A stretch of 64,000 nucleotides of DNA from Cyanobacteriota bacterium (GCA_046045965.1 JBJOKS010000009.1:98931-162930), one strand, 5' to 3'. Positions 51,687 through 62,636 are shown, counted from the first letter of the stretch. Notes: generated from the sequence alone by a model not told the origin. Translations and numbers: made by a program.

Positions 51687-52138
51687 ATAACCTCCAAAAA
51701 TCGGCTTTTACCCTAGTTATTCAACCAGAAGAAAAAATAGAAAATCGCGTTTATATTATTGTTGATGATCTAGCTAAAACATATCCTGAATCACAATGGC
51801 TGATTACTGAAATAGATGCTACAGGATTATTAGGAAATCGTTTAACATCTATTTTGAATAATCAAGAAAACATCACTATTTCTGCTTCAGATTTTTTACA
51901 ACTTTTGCAAGAAGAAGGACAAGTCATAGAGTTAGAAGCGACTTTAGTTAAAAATACTCAAGAAATTATTACTATTTTTATCAGGGATGGTTATTCTGTA
52001 GATATTTTAGGTTTAACAGAATTATTACCTGTTCATATTTTGAATGATTGTATTCAAGTTGACGCTAATTTATTTGACACTCAAGAAACAGAACCATCTC
52101 AACCGAAAATTAATGTTGTTTATCAAAAAATTGCTTAA
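51683..52138 (+). CDS. Putative cognate immunity protein
   Basis: ATGA overlap with the toxin-like ORF; acidic 151 aa. Confidence 0.5.
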   Translation: MNNLQKSAFTLVIQPEEKIENRVYIIVDDLAKTYPESQWLITEIDATGLLGNRLTSILNNQENITISASDFLQLLQEEGQVIELEATLVKNTQEIITIFIRDGYSVDILGLTELLPVHILNDCIQVDANLFDTQETEPSQPKINVVYQKIA

Positions 52139-52147
52139 CGTCTAGAT

Positions 52148-52241
52148 ATGCACATTATTAGCAAAAGTTTATATTCGCCATATCCTTACCCATGCAGAAT
52201 ATGACAAACAAAATTGGAAACAAGACCCTTGGTACACCTAA
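52148..52241 (+). pseudogene. higB: Internally deleted HigB-type toxin
   Basis: MHIISK start fused out of frame to VYIRHILTHAEYDKQNWKQDPWYT*. Confidence 0.8.
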
Positions 52242-52626
52242 AACCTATTTAGAATTGATTACCGCTTTTCCTCCTCGCAAAATTACATCAGAGGAAGAAC
52301 TAGCTACCACTCAAAATATCATTGATTCCTTATTAGATCAAGAAAATTTAACGCCTGACGAACGAGATTATCTGCATTTATTAGGATTGGTAGTATCTGA
52401 ATATGAAAAAGAACATTATCCTGTGGCTGATATTTATGGCGTAGAATTATTAAAAGTATTACTACAAGAATTAAATTTACAACCCCAAGATTTAATACCA
52501 ATTTTTGAAGAAGAAACTGTTTTATCTGATATTTTCAGTGGTAAACAACAAATGACAGTAAATCACATAGAAAAACTAGCTAAATTCTTTCATGTTTCTC
52601 CATCTGTCTTTTTGAAAGATGTTTAA
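52192..52626 (+). CDS. higA: HigA-type HTH antitoxin
   Basis: FPPRKI..EEE, YL.LLG.VV.EYE, C-terminal Xre HTH (LSDIFSGK..MT..HI.KLA.FF.VSP). Confidence 0.8.
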   Translation: MQNMTNKIGNKTLGTPKTYLELITAFPPRKITSEEELATTQNIIDSLLDQENLTPDERDYLHLLGLVVSEYEKEHYPVADIYGVELLKVLLQELNLQPQDLIPIFEEETVLSDIFSGKQQMTVNHIEKLAKFFHVSPSVFLKDV

Positions 52627-52690
52627 TTACTCCCAAACTATTTATTATGATACAATTAGATAAAATCATAAAATAGAGGTCAAATTCATT

Positions 52691-52942
52691 ATGGAACAAA
52701 TTAACTTAGAACTAGATAGACTCACACTTGAACGAGCTAAAACCCTGGCAATAGTCAATCAATCTACAGTATCAGAATTGATAACAACAGTAATTTCACG
52801 TTTAGCAGAAATTCAGGAACAAAAAGACCCATTAATGGGATTATATGCCGATATTCCAGAAGTTGTTGACGAAATAGTAGCTGAAGCTATGGAAAAAAGA
52901 GGACATAAAAAAATCTGTAACATCCCACCAAAAAAATATTAA
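52691..52942 (+). CDS. Orphan antitoxin-like (RHH-like) protein
   Basis: I.LELD..TLERA, DPLMGLYAD.PE.VDEI..EAM; no toxin gene follows. Confidence 0.5.
   Translation: MEQINLELDRLTLERAKTLAIVNQSTVSELITTVISRLAEIQEQKDPLMGLYADIPEVVDEIVAEAMEKRGHKKICNIPPKKY
52903..52936 (+). repeat. Left copy of a ~35-bp direct repeat flanking phnDCE (right copy 55796-55830)
   Basis: ACATAAAAAAATCTGTAACATCCCACCAAAAAAA vs ACATAAAAAAAATCTGTAACATTCCCCCAGAAAAA. Confidence 0.7.
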
Positions 52943-52950
52943 AGATAACT

Positions 52951-53745
52951 CTACATTGAATCCAAATAACGACGTAATTTGCTACTAAAAATATCAATTA
53001 CCGTCACCACCACTAAAAGCACCAACATCATAGTTGTGGCTTTATTATACTCAAAACCATCTATATAACTTTTTAACTGAAAACCAATTCCACCTGCACC
53101 AACTACACCAAGTACAGAAGCTGCACGGATATTGTACTCAAACATCCAAAAAGTATAACCTAATCCCAAGGGTAATACTTGGGGTAATATTCCATATTGG
53201 GCTATTTGAATTCTCGATGCACCAACAACTTGTAAAGATTCTAAAGAACGAGAATCTACAGCTTCAATTGCTTGTTGATAAAATTTAGCAAGGTAGCCAA
53301 TAGTATAGATTGATAATGCTAAAGTTCCTGCGGGTGCGCCTAAGCCTGTAGCGGCAACGAAGATTAAACCCAGGATAATGGAGGGAACGGAACGAACAGC
53401 GTTTTGCAGTAAATTTGCTAACCAGCGTAACCAGAGGGGAGCAATATTATTAGCACTAGCGATCGCAATTGGTAGAGAGAGAATAGCACCAATAGAAGTT
53501 CCCCACAGTGACATTTGCACAGTTTCAATTAATGCTTTAATTGCTATATCTACAACTTTCCAATCTGGGGGAAATAACCTGACAATAAAATCAATTATAT
53601 AAGGCCAGCTATCTTTTAGTAGATTAAAATCAACTTGTAAACCTTGTAAAGCCCAAATATAAACTCCTATTATTAAGAATAGAATGGCTAGATTAATTAA
53701 CCAAGAGTAATTATGTAATAATTGTGATTTAACAGATTTTTTCAT
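52951..53745 (-). CDS. phnE: Phosphonate/phosphite ABC transporter permease
   Basis: ETVQMS, RSVP, FEYNIRAASVLGVVGAGGIG. Confidence 0.92.
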   Translation of the reverse strand: MKKSVKSQLLHNYSWLINLAILFLIIGVYIWALQGLQVDFNLLKDSWPYIIDFIVRLFPPDWKVVDIAIKALIETVQMSLWGTSIGAILSLPIAIASANNIAPLWLRWLANLLQNAVRSVPSIILGLIFVAATGLGAPAGTLALSIYTIGYLAKFYQQAIEAVDSRSLESLQVVGASRIQIAQYGILPQVLPLGLGYTFWMFEYNIRAASVLGVVGAGGIGFQLKSYIDGFEYNKATTMMLVLLVVVTVIDIFSSKLRRYLDSM

Positions 53746-53831
53746 AAGGTTTTCGTGAAGAGTAAAACGCTTTTTTAGTGGGAGTTCTATTATCAATTAA
53801 TGTCCTAAGCACCATGTCTAAGGCTATATTT

Positions 53832-54563
53832 CTAATAATTTAAAACTTCGGCAAATTTTTCTTGGAGATGATCACAATTTCCATCATAAACAATACGTCC
53901 CGCATCTAAAACTATAGCTCGGTGAGCGTATGCTGCGGCTATGCCTAAATCATGTAAAACTGCAATAATAGTTAAGCCTTGCTGGGTATTGAGTTGAGAT
54001 AAAGTTTCCATCACTTGTTGGGATGCAACTACATCTAAACCGGTAATAGGTTCATCTGCTAACAGTATTTGTGGGGATTGAATTAAAGCACGAGCGATCG
54101 CTACTCTTTGTTGTTGTCCACCGCTTAGTTGACTGGTTTTTTGATATGTTTTATCTTTTAAACCCAATTGTTCTAATAATTCTTGGGCTAGAATGCGATC
54201 GCGTTGCAGAAAACCAAACAAAGTTTGTGCAGTTGTTCTCACACCCAAACGACCACACAAAACATTTTCAATTGCTGATAATTGGCGAATTAGTCCACCA
54301 CCTTGAAATAACATAGCAATTTCTCGGCGAATTTTCGGCAATGTTTGGGGGGTCATTTGTAGATTATTAATGTGAATTTCTCCCTTTACCAATGGGACTA
54401 AACCTACCAGCGATCGCAATAATGTAGACTTACCAGCACCATTGAGTCCCAATAACACCACAAACTCACCTTGATGTATATCAAGATTAATATCATTGAG
54501 GATGGGACGCTTCAAAGATGCAGTATAAGCTGTCTCTAGATTATGACATTCAATCAGTTTCAC
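53832..54563 (-). CDS. phnC: Phosphonate ABC transporter ATP-binding protein
   Basis: GLNGAGKST, ENVLCGRL, LSGGQQQRVAIARAL, LADEP. Confidence 0.92.
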   Translation of the reverse strand: MKLIECHNLETAYTASLKRPILNDINLDIHQGEFVVLLGLNGAGKSTLLRSLVGLVPLVKGEIHINNLQMTPQTLPKIRREIAMLFQGGGLIRQLSAIENVLCGRLGVRTTAQTLFGFLQRDRILAQELLEQLGLKDKTYQKTSQLSGGQQQRVAIARALIQSPQILLADEPITGLDVVASQQVMETLSQLNTQQGLTIIAVLHDLGIAAAYAHRAIVLDAGRIVYDGNCDHLQEKFAEVLNY

Positions 54564-54649
54564 GCTGGTATCAGTTAATTAGTAATTGGTAATTTGACGT
54601 GGGGAGTAATTATTGTAGGGGTTGAGCATTGCGCTTTACCCCTTCTTAA

Positions 54650-55639
54650 TTATGGTTCCATACCTACATTTTTGAGGGCTTCGCGGACAGGTTTGAGGTG
54701 ACGATTGTGATCAACTCTGACCAATTCTGTAGAATTATACAAGCTCTTGAACATGGCGTTATTTTCTGGCTTGTTTAATTTCAGGAGAGCGTTAATAATT
54801 TTTTCTCGCATTACTACTGGAACATCATCATCAATAGCAATACCATGAGCAGGAACACCAGAAATTTTATGCAAAACCCGTAACTTACTTCTGTCTTCAG
54901 CGGAGATATAGGGAGGGAACAGAGCATATTCTGATACAACAGCCACATCCGCTTGACCGCGCACTACCGCATCTAAAGCTTTGCTGTAATTACCACCGTA
55001 AGTAATTTGACCAAAGAAACCATCCATGCGGTCTTTATTAGGTACAAAACCCTGCTTCACCAACTCACCCACGGGGAAAATAAACCCAGAACCGGATGTA
55101 GGAGAAGTAAAGGCCATTTTTTTACCCCGCAGTTGTTCTAAAGTTGCTTTTGGGGTAGTCTTGCTTTTCAGTTGGCTGTTTGCGGGGACAACAAATACCG
55201 AGTTATAAGTAAATCTACCAGAATAATTGGCGCGAACTTCAGCTAAGTACATACGAGCATTTGCCAATTGTTCAGCTTTCAAAGCAGGACGACTACTCAA
55301 GAAAGCCACATCAGCGCGATTTGCTCTCAATGCTTCCACTGCTGCTGTATCATCACCGATCTGGGCTTTGACAGGAATTCCCAATTCTTTTGACAAAAAG
55401 CTACCTACCGCGTCGGCTTTAGTTTGCAAATCTGTAGAATCAGAACGAGTAGGAAAAACTATTGTTAAAGTTTTGAGATTTTGGGCAAGTAAGCGTGGTG
55501 CTGGTTGATTCAGATTGGGGTTAGCCACTGTGGCTTGCATTCCCCCCAAGGTGCTGACAAATAAACCTGTTAGGGCTGCAAATGCCCCACTAGCACCCAA
55601 TAAGCTTTTTTTGCTTACACTCACTTTCTGACTTTTCAT
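54650..55639 (-). CDS. phnD: Phosphate/phosphite/phosphonate ABC substrate-binding protein
   Basis: AVEALRA..ADVAF, AFTSPTSGSGFIFP. Confidence 0.88.
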   Translation of the reverse strand: MKSQKVSVSKKSLLGASGAFAALTGLFVSTLGGMQATVANPNLNQPAPRLLAQNLKTLTIVFPTRSDSTDLQTKADAVGSFLSKELGIPVKAQIGDDTAAVEALRANRADVAFLSSRPALKAEQLANARMYLAEVRANYSGRFTYNSVFVVPANSQLKSKTTPKATLEQLRGKKMAFTSPTSGSGFIFPVGELVKQGFVPNKDRMDGFFGQITYGGNYSKALDAVVRGQADVAVVSEYALFPPYISAEDRSKLRVLHKISGVPAHGIAIDDDVPVVMREKIINALLKLNKPENNAMFKSLYNSTELVRVDHNRHLKPVREALKNVGMEP

Positions 55640-55910
55640 TAAGAAATATTCCCAGTATTTTTGCAAATTAATTTCAACTATTTCTATAAATGAATTTAAA
55701 GGTTTTAGGAATAAAAGTCAATAAGTTAAGATAAAAACTGGTGAATAATTACGACAGACTACACAAACGCCTAATAAACACAACGTCTCTGTGTCACATA
55801 AAAAAAATCTGTAACATTCCCCCAGAAAAACTAATCATAGGTAAGATGACACCAACACACCAAACCAATACACTAAAAATTGGTGCAAATACCTCTTACC
55901 GGAGTTGAAA

Positions 55911-58292
55911 ATGACATTAGCCAGCACTCCACAAATTAAGCCATTATCAGATACAGAATTACAAAAAATCAACGCATATTGGCGTGCAGCCAACTATCTT
56001 TCAGTCGGACAAATATACCTCCTCGACAACCCCCTACTGAAAGAACCTCTTAAACAAGAACACGTCAAACCCCGACTATTAGGACATTGGGGAACCACAC
56101 CCGGACTTAACTTCATTTACGTACACCTCAACCGCGTCATTAAAAAATACGACCTCAGCACAATTTACATCGCAGGACCCGGACATGGTGGACCTGGACT
56201 TGTCGCCAACACCTACTTAGAAGGAACATATAGCGAATATTACCCCAACATCACCCAAGATGCTTCTGGGATGCAAAAACTTTTCAAACAGTTCTCCTTC
56301 CCTGGTGGTATTCCTAGCCATGTAGCACCCGAAACACCAGGTTCTATTCACGAAGGGGGAGAACTCGGTTATGCTTTAGTTCATGCCTTTGGTGCTGCTT
56401 TTGACAACCCTGATTTAATTGTCGCTGCGGTTGTCGGTGATGGAGAAGCAGAAACCGGCGCACTAGCTACCAGTTGGCATTCTAACAAATTCCTCAACCC
56501 CGTTACTGATGGTGCAGTTCTACCGATCTTACATTTGAACGGTTATAAAATTGCTAACCCTACCGTATTAGCACGGATGCCCCATGATCAACTAGAAAGC
56601 TTGTTTATCGGCTATGGCTATAAACCTTACTTTGTGGAAGGTGCTGATCCCGCCGAAGTTCACCAAAAAATGGCGGCAACATTAGATACCATCGTTGCCG
56701 AAATTCAAGGTATCCAACGAGAAGCGCGGGTACATGGTTTCAAAGAACGACCGCAATGGCCGATGATTATATTACGCACTCCTAAAGGTTGGACTGGACC
56801 CAAGGAAGTAGACGGGAAGAAAACAGAAGATTATTGGCGATCGCACCAAGTCCCCTTTGGTGATATAGCTGGTAAACCAGAACATCTGCGACTATTGGAA
56901 ACCTGGATGCAGAGTTACAAACCAGAAGAACTCTTTGACGCAAACGGTAAGCTTCTTCCCGAACTTGCAGAACTCGCACCCAAAGGTCAGCGTCGCATGG
57001 GAGACAACCCCCACGCAAACGGTGGTATCTTGCTGCGTGATTTAATCATGCCAGATTTTTGCAACTATGCAGTAGAAGTCCCCAAACCCGGAACAGTCAA
57101 CGCAGAAGCAACCAAAGTTAGCGGAAAATTCCTGCGGGATGTGATGAAGGAAAACCTGGAAAGCAAGAACTTCCGAGTTTTTGGACCCGATGAAACCGCA
57201 TCCAACCGCATTGATCCAGTATTAGAAGTCACTAACCGGACTTGGGTAGCGGAAACTCTCCCCGAAGATGATCATTTATCACCTAATGGTCGGGTCATGG
57301 AAATGCTGAGTGAAACCAACTGTCAAGGATGGTTAGAAGGATATTTGCTAACAGGAAGACATGGTTTTTTCTCTTGTTATGAAGCATTTATTCATATCAT
57401 TGATTCCATGTTTAACCAACACGCCAAATGGTTAAAAACGACTCGTGAAATTCCCTGGAGAAGACCAATTGCATCATTAAATTATCTTCTCACTTCCCAC
57501 GTTTGGCGACAAGATCATAACGGTTTTTCTCACCAAGATCCTGGTTTTATTGATCATGTCATGAACAAAAAATCAGAGATTATTCGTGTTTATCTTCCCC
57601 CCGATGCTAACACTTTGCTATCTGTAACCGACCACTGTTTAAGAAGTCGTCATTATGTCAATGTGATAGTGGCTGGAAAACAACCAGCATTACAATATTT
57701 AGACATGGATGCAGCCATTAAACACTGTACCAAAGGTTTAGGAATTTGGGAATGGGCAAGCACTGATAAAGATGGTGAACCTGATGTAGTTATGGCTTGT
57801 GCTGGTGATATTCCTACTTTGGAAACTTTAGCAGCAGTGGATATTTTGCGTCAGCATTTCCCAGATTTAAAAGTGCGGGTAGTGAACGTAGTTAATTTGA
57901 TGAAACTACAACCACAAAGTGAACATCCTCACGGTTTAAGCAGCAAAGATTTTGATACAATTTTCACAACTGATAAACCAATCATCTTTGCTTTTCATGG
58001 TTATCCTTGGTTAATTCATCGTCTCACCTATCGGCATACAAACCACAAAAATCTTCATGTTCGTGGTTACAAAGAAGAAGGAACAACAACCACACCTTTT
58101 GATATGGTGGTGATGAATGATTTAGATAGATTCCATTTAGTAATGGATGTCATTGACCGTGTACCAAAATTAGGTTCTAAAGCAGCTTATGTGAAGCAAA
58201 AATTACAAGATACCTTGATTGAACATAAGCATTATATCGAGAAACACGGCGAAGATATGCCAGAAATTAGAGACTGGAAATGGCCTTATTAG
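55911..58292 (+). CDS. xfp: Phosphoketolase
   Basis: [41 protein letters not shown]. Confidence 0.96.
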   Translation: MTLASTPQIKPLSDTELQKINAYWRAANYLSVGQIYLLDNPLLKEPLKQEHVKPRLLGHWGTTPGLNFIYVHLNRVIKKYDLSTIYIAGPGHGGPGLVANTYLEGTYSEYYPNITQDASGMQKLFKQFSFPGGIPSHVAPETPGSIHEGGELGYALVHAFGAAFDNPDLIVAAVVGDGEAETGALATSWHSNKFLNPVTDGAVLPILHLNGYKIANPTVLARMPHDQLESLFIGYGYKPYFVEGADPAEVHQKMAATLDTIVAEIQGIQREARVHGFKERPQWPMIILRTPKGWTGPKEVDGKKTEDYWRSHQVPFGDIAGKPEHLRLLETWMQSYKPEELFDANGKLLPELAELAPKGQRRMGDNPHANGGILLRDLIMPDFCNYAVEVPKPGTVNAEATKVSGKFLRDVMKENLESKNFRVFGPDETASNRIDPVLEVTNRTWVAETLPEDDHLSPNGRVMEMLSETNCQGWLEGYLLTGRHGFFSCYEAFIHIIDSMFNQHAKWLKTTREIPWRRPIASLNYLLTSHVWRQDHNGFSHQDPGFIDHVMNKKSEIIRVYLPPDANTLLSVTDHCLRSRHYVNVIVAGKQPALQYLDMDAAIKHCTKGLGIWEWASTDKDGEPDVVMACAGDIPTLETLAAVDILRQHFPDLKVRVVNVVNLMKLQPQSEHPHGLSSKDFDTIFTTDKPIIFAFHGYPWLIHRLTYRHTNHKNLHVRGYKEEGTTTTPFDMVVMNDLDRFHLVMDVIDRVPKLGSKAAYVKQKLQDTLIEHKHYIEKHGEDMPEIRDWKWPY

Positions 58293-58405
58293 ACCATAAC
58301 AAGTAAATAACCTTCAGATCCCCGAATTCTTTAAGAAATTGGGGATCTAGTTTCTGAGTTTTTGTTATATTAATATAAGGTAGTTAGCCTTTGAGGTTAA
58401 TCAAT

Positions 58406-58912
58406 ATGACACAGGAATTAATAGACTTGAGAAATAGTATTTTATCTGGACGGTATGCGGATGCGTTAGCAATTGTAGATGAATTAGAGGGGATGAGTAA
58501 ACAAGCAATTTTAAGGAATATTCAATCATTTTTAAGGGTGTTGTTAATACATTTGATCAAAAACCAAATCGAACAAAGATTAACAAACTCTTGGGTTGTA
58601 TCTATTCGTAACGCTTTAGTAGAAATCAAAAAAATAAATCTTCAAGAAAACAAAAAATCCTATTACATCAATAAAGATGAATGGGATAGTTATTTAGAAG
58701 AAGAAATAGAACTAGCAATAGGTGATGCAAGCTTAGAAGTTTTAAATGGTATCTACACTGAATTTCAACTAGCAGAAATGGTAGATAGAAATAACATAAT
58801 TTCCACTGCTTTGAATTTTCTAGAATTGACTTATATACATTCTGTAAAAGACTTACCAAAAGCTATTACAGCAGTTATTATTAAATTACCTGGTAGTGAA
58901 AAATGGCAATAA
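58406..58912 (+). CDS. DUF29-family protein
   Basis: MTQELIDLR, LLIHLIK, NSW..SI. Confidence 0.8.
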   Translation: MTQELIDLRNSILSGRYADALAIVDELEGMSKQAILRNIQSFLRVLLIHLIKNQIEQRLTNSWVVSIRNALVEIKKINLQENKKSYYINKDEWDSYLEEEIELAIGDASLEVLNGIYTEFQLAEMVDRNNIISTALNFLELTYIHSVKDLPKAITAVIIKLPGSEKWQ

Positions 58913-59109
58913 AAGATGTATCATATTATATATATCATCTGCGTTAATCTGCGTGTATTTGCGTTTTTAAATAGATTCAAAAATATCCTGTGTAGTAATA
59001 CCCGTACAAAATAATTACCTAAATATCGACAATATCGACAGGAATAGGTGTCTTAATAAGGTAGGATAAATCTTAAATCAAAGTAAAAATACCTTTCTAG
59101 AGAATTATC

Positions 59110-59814
59110 ATGACAACCGCAGTAGCTTTTGATTTAGATAGCTTAAATCAGAAATTTGAAACCGCTACCCCTACAGAAATTTTAGCTTGGTCTGTGGAAA
59201 ACATACCCACAGGTTTAGTACAAACCAGCGCATTTAACGTTGATGACATCATCCTCACCCACATTCTTTATACTGTACTCAAGCATCCAGTTCCCGTTAT
59301 CTTCTTAGATACTCTGTATCACTTCAAAGAAACTTTAGAATTAGTTGCTAAAGCTAAGGACCTATATAATTTAGATTTAAAGACTTACAAAGCACCCGAT
59401 GTAGATACCCGTGAAGCTTTTGTAGCTAAGTACGGTGAAGCATTATGGGATACAGATATTACCAAATTCCACGACGTTACTAAAATTGAACCTTTAACAC
59501 GAGGTTTAAATGAACTGAATACAGTTGCTTGGATTACAGGTCGTCGTCGTGACCAAGCTGTTACCCGTGCGAATATGCCTATTTTTGAATTAGATAACCA
59601 AGGACGTTTAAAAGTTAATCCTTTAGCGGCTTGGACACGCAAACAAAGCTGGGCTTATGTTGCAGAACACAAAGTGATTTATAATCCTTTGCATGATCAA
59701 GGATATCCTAGCATTGGTGATGAACCTATTACTACAAAAGTAGGTGAAGGTGAAGACGAACGTGCTGGACGTTGGAGAGGAACTGGTAAAACTGAGTGTG
59801 GTATTCACATTTAG
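59110..59814 (+). CDS. cysH: Phosphoadenosine phosphosulfate reductase
   Basis: FLDTLYHF.ET, TGRRRDQ, GYPSIG, RAGRW, ECGIH. Confidence 0.95.
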   Translation: MTTAVAFDLDSLNQKFETATPTEILAWSVENIPTGLVQTSAFNVDDIILTHILYTVLKHPVPVIFLDTLYHFKETLELVAKAKDLYNLDLKTYKAPDVDTREAFVAKYGEALWDTDITKFHDVTKIEPLTRGLNELNTVAWITGRRRDQAVTRANMPIFELDNQGRLKVNPLAAWTRKQSWAYVAEHKVIYNPLHDQGYPSIGDEPITTKVGEGEDERAGRWRGTGKTECGIHI

Positions 59815-59895
59815 TTCTTAGTTATTAGTCATTGGTTATTGGTCATTGGTAAAGTGTTAAAAATGGCTAATTACTAATGACTAATATTTTGTATT

Positions 59896-60820
59896 TGTCT
59901 GAATTAGGACACCCTTCGGGAAGTCAAAAGTCAAAATTCAAAATTCACAAGTTAGAATTTTTTTGTCTGAATCAGGATGTCCAGGATTTAAGGATTTTCA
60001 GGATGTGATTGATAAGTTATTTGTGGGGATTTTTGAGATTTAAGTTTCGCGCAGAGATGCAAAGAAGCAAAGACGGAAAGAAGAGATTGTCAGAATCAGG
60101 ATGTCTATGATTATAGGATTTCTAGGATATGATTGGATGATTGTTTGTGGGAAGTTGAGTATTTTTCAGGATGTTTTTGAAGATAGTTGTTGAATGATTA
60201 TCAGCTATCTATAAATTACCATCCTGTACATCCTTTAATCCTGGTTATCCTGATTCTGACAAATACAATTTTCATCACCAAACACACCATCTATAAATTA
60301 CCATCCTGTAAATCCTTTAATCCTGGTTATCCTGATTCAGACAAAGTGAAATTCAATATCTACACATTTTTGAATTGTTGGGTTTCGTTCCTCAACCCAA
60401 CCTACATCTTAATAGTTTTCTGCAACCCTTAAATGTTACAGTTTACAAGTATCGAGGCGAGAGAAGAGCTTCAAACCTTTCGCCGCCTCCTCAAACCACA
60501 TCGTTGAAGAAGCCCAATGTTGATAGATTCGAGGTGTTGGGAGGTGGCCTTCTAGTGATTTTATATCATAAGTAAAATTCATAATAGGGTAAAATCTTTT
60601 AGTGTATAACCAACTGATTGCTGTATAATCAAACACAGATAAACACAGATAAAAATTAAAACCTCTTCCCTCCGTGTCCTCTGCGCCTCTGCGGTTCGTT
60701 ATCATAAAAACTATGTAAAATCTCCCTCAAACCCTCCCCTCTCTGCGTCGCGCCAGTTGCTTCAAGTCGGGAAACCCGCCCAACGCACTGGCTTCTCTGC
60801 GTCTGGAGCGGTTCGTTTAA
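59896..60820. repeat. Second repeat nest (repeat A forward and reverse, REP-like palindrome, CTCTGCG arrays, GCCAGTTGC...GCACTGGC element)
   Basis: A+ 59965-60005 and 60089-60128; A- 60220-60260 and 60302-60342; hairpin element about 60752-60792. Confidence 0.8.
60436..60590 (-). pseudogene. GUN4-like domain C-terminal remnant
   Basis: FTYDIKSLEGHLP...LFSRLDTCKL* resembles GUN4-domain C-termini. Confidence 0.55.
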
Positions 60821-60836
60821 AAAAATCCCAACCAAC

Positions 60837-62111
60837 ATGATCAAAATCCTACACCTTTCAGACATCCACATCGGAAGCGGTTTCTCCCACGGCCGCATCA
60901 ACCCCGCCACCGGCTTAAATACACGATTAGAGGATTTTGTCAATACCCTATCTTTGTGTATTGATCGCGCCCTCTCAGAACCAGTAGATATGGTGATATT
61001 TGGTGGTGATGCTTTTCCCGATGCCACCCCCGCACCCTACGTACAAGAAGCCTTTGCTAGTCAGTTCCGCCGCCTTGTAGATGCCAATATTCCTACAGTT
61101 TTATTAGTTGGAAATCATGATTTACATTCCCAAGGTGTAGGCGGTGCAAGTCTTAATATTTACCGTACTCTCGGCGTTCCCGGTTTCGTGGTTGGTGATA
61201 CATTAACTACCCATCATATCCAAACCCGTAATGGTAAGGTACAAGTAATTACCCTTCCCTGGTTGACTCGTTCCATGTTGATGACTCGTAAAGAAACAGC
61301 GGGTTTATCTATGGCTGAAGTCAATCAACTTTTAACAGAACGCTTAGAAGTTGTATTAGAAGGAGAAGTGAGAAAACTTGATCCTGAAGCACCTACTATT
61401 CTTTTAGCCCATTTAATGGCTGATAATGCGATGTTAGGTGCTGAAAGGTTGTTAGCTGTGGGTAAGGGTTTTACTTTACCTCTATCTTTGTTAACACGTC
61501 CTTGTTTTGATTATGTGGCTTTAGGTCATGTTCACTGCCATCAAAATCTGAATAAATCTAATGATCCACCTGTAATTTATCCTGGGAGTATTGAACGGGT
61601 TGATTTTAGTGAGGAGAAGGAAGACAAGGGTTATGTAATGGTGGAGTTGGAGAAAGGTAACGTAGAGTGGGAATTTTGTTCTTTACCTGTTCGCACATTT
61701 CGCACCATTGAGGTAGATTTATCTAAAAGTGATGATCCGCAAGGTGTTTTGTTAAAGGCGATCACTTCGTTAAGCTCCGCTAACGCCAAATATAATCTAG
61801 AAGAAACTGTAGTTAGGTTAATCTATAAATTGCGTTCTGAACAGTTAGATTTAATTGAAAATTCCGCCATTCATAAGGCTTTAAGTACAGCACACACTTA
61901 TACAATTCAACCAGAATTAGTTAGTCAGTTAGCTAAACCACGTATTCCTGAATTAACCGCTAGTAGTAGTATAGATCCGATGGAAGCATTAAGAACATAC
62001 TTAAATAATCGGGATGATTTAAAAGACCTTGCTGCATCTATGTTGGAAGCTGCACAAAACTTATTAGAAGATGATGGAGAAATGTGGTTAGAAAGTGCTA
62101 CTTCTGAGTAG
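60837..62111 (+). CDS. sbcD: Exonuclease SbcCD subunit D
   Basis: HLSDIH, GGDAF, GNHD, YVALGHVH, YPGSIERVDF. Confidence 0.94.
   Translation: MIKILHLSDIHIGSGFSHGRINPATGLNTRLEDFVNTLSLCIDRALSEPVDMVIFGGDAFPDATPAPYVQEAFASQFRRLVDANIPTVLLVGNHDLHSQGVGGASLNIYRTLGVPGFVVGDTLTTHHIQTRNGKVQVITLPWLTRSMLMTRKETAGLSMAEVNQLLTERLEVVLEGEVRKLDPEAPTILLAHLMADNAMLGAERLLAVGKGFTLPLSLLTRPCFDYVALGHVHCHQNLNKSNDPPVIYPGSIERVDFSEEKEDKGYVMVELEKGNVEWEFCSLPVRTFRTIEVDLSKSDDPQGVLLKAITSLSSANAKYNLEETVVRLIYKLRSEQLDLIENSAIHKALSTAHTYTIQPELVSQLAKPRIPELTASSSIDPMEALRTYLNNRDDLKDLAASMLEAAQNLLEDDGEMWLESATSE
61763..61783 (+). mobile_element. 21-nt small-dispersed-repeat-like insertion splitting a HIP1 site, in frame in sbcD
   Basis: GCGAT[CACTTCGTTAAGCTCCGCTAA]CGC; removing it restores GCGATCGC and the reading KAIAKY. 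Confidence 0.78.
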
Positions 62112-62147
62112 GATATTATTTATCTTTATTTGGTGTAGGGATGTAAT

Positions 62148-62573
62148 ATGTTTAAGTTAATTTCAGCAACTTTGATTGCTAGTGCTTTATTATTAACACC
62201 AACTAATAACTCTCAGGTGACATTAGCTGGGACTTGTGCTTCTAATTGTGGTCCGCGTCCACTTGAGTTTACACCTGGTCAATATCTTCGTGTGCAAGTG
62301 ATAAACCGCACACCTAGAATATTAAAACTGGAGAAATTCCCGGAAATGCGGCGTATTTCTTTAGAACCAGGAAAGGAATTTAGTGTAGATATGAAAAGTG
62401 CTACAGAACCAAATTTTTCTCTCTTGTTTTGGGATGATACAGGTAGGTCTTTACAAGCGAATGTTTCTAAACCTAATTTTGGGACTTTGCGTTTAGAATT
62501 GCGTCCTAGTGAAAAGTTTCCTGGTTATCGCTCTCTTTATATTCTCAATGATGGTCGGGTGAATGTCTTTTAA
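62148..62573 (+). CDS. Secreted hypothetical protein
   Basis: Signal peptide, CASNC, F.PGQ, C-terminal DGRV.VF. Confidence 0.75.
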   Translation: MFKLISATLIASALLLTPTNNSQVTLAGTCASNCGPRPLEFTPGQYLRVQVINRTPRILKLEKFPEMRRISLEPGKEFSVDMKSATEPNFSLLFWDDTGRSLQANVSKPNFGTLRLELRPSEKFPGYRSLYILNDGRVNVF

Positions 62574-62636
62574 TCTTTTTCAATTGAGAAAAAAATTCCC
62601 GATCTATTCAATAAATCGGGAATGTGAATTATGATT

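Noticed and set aside
55670..55740. Pho box upstream of phnD
   Set aside because: Only one good CTTAACTT-like unit; no clean 11-bp periodic repeats
58990..59010. NtcA box upstream of cysH
   Set aside because: GTA-TAC spacing is 7 or 10 nt, not 8
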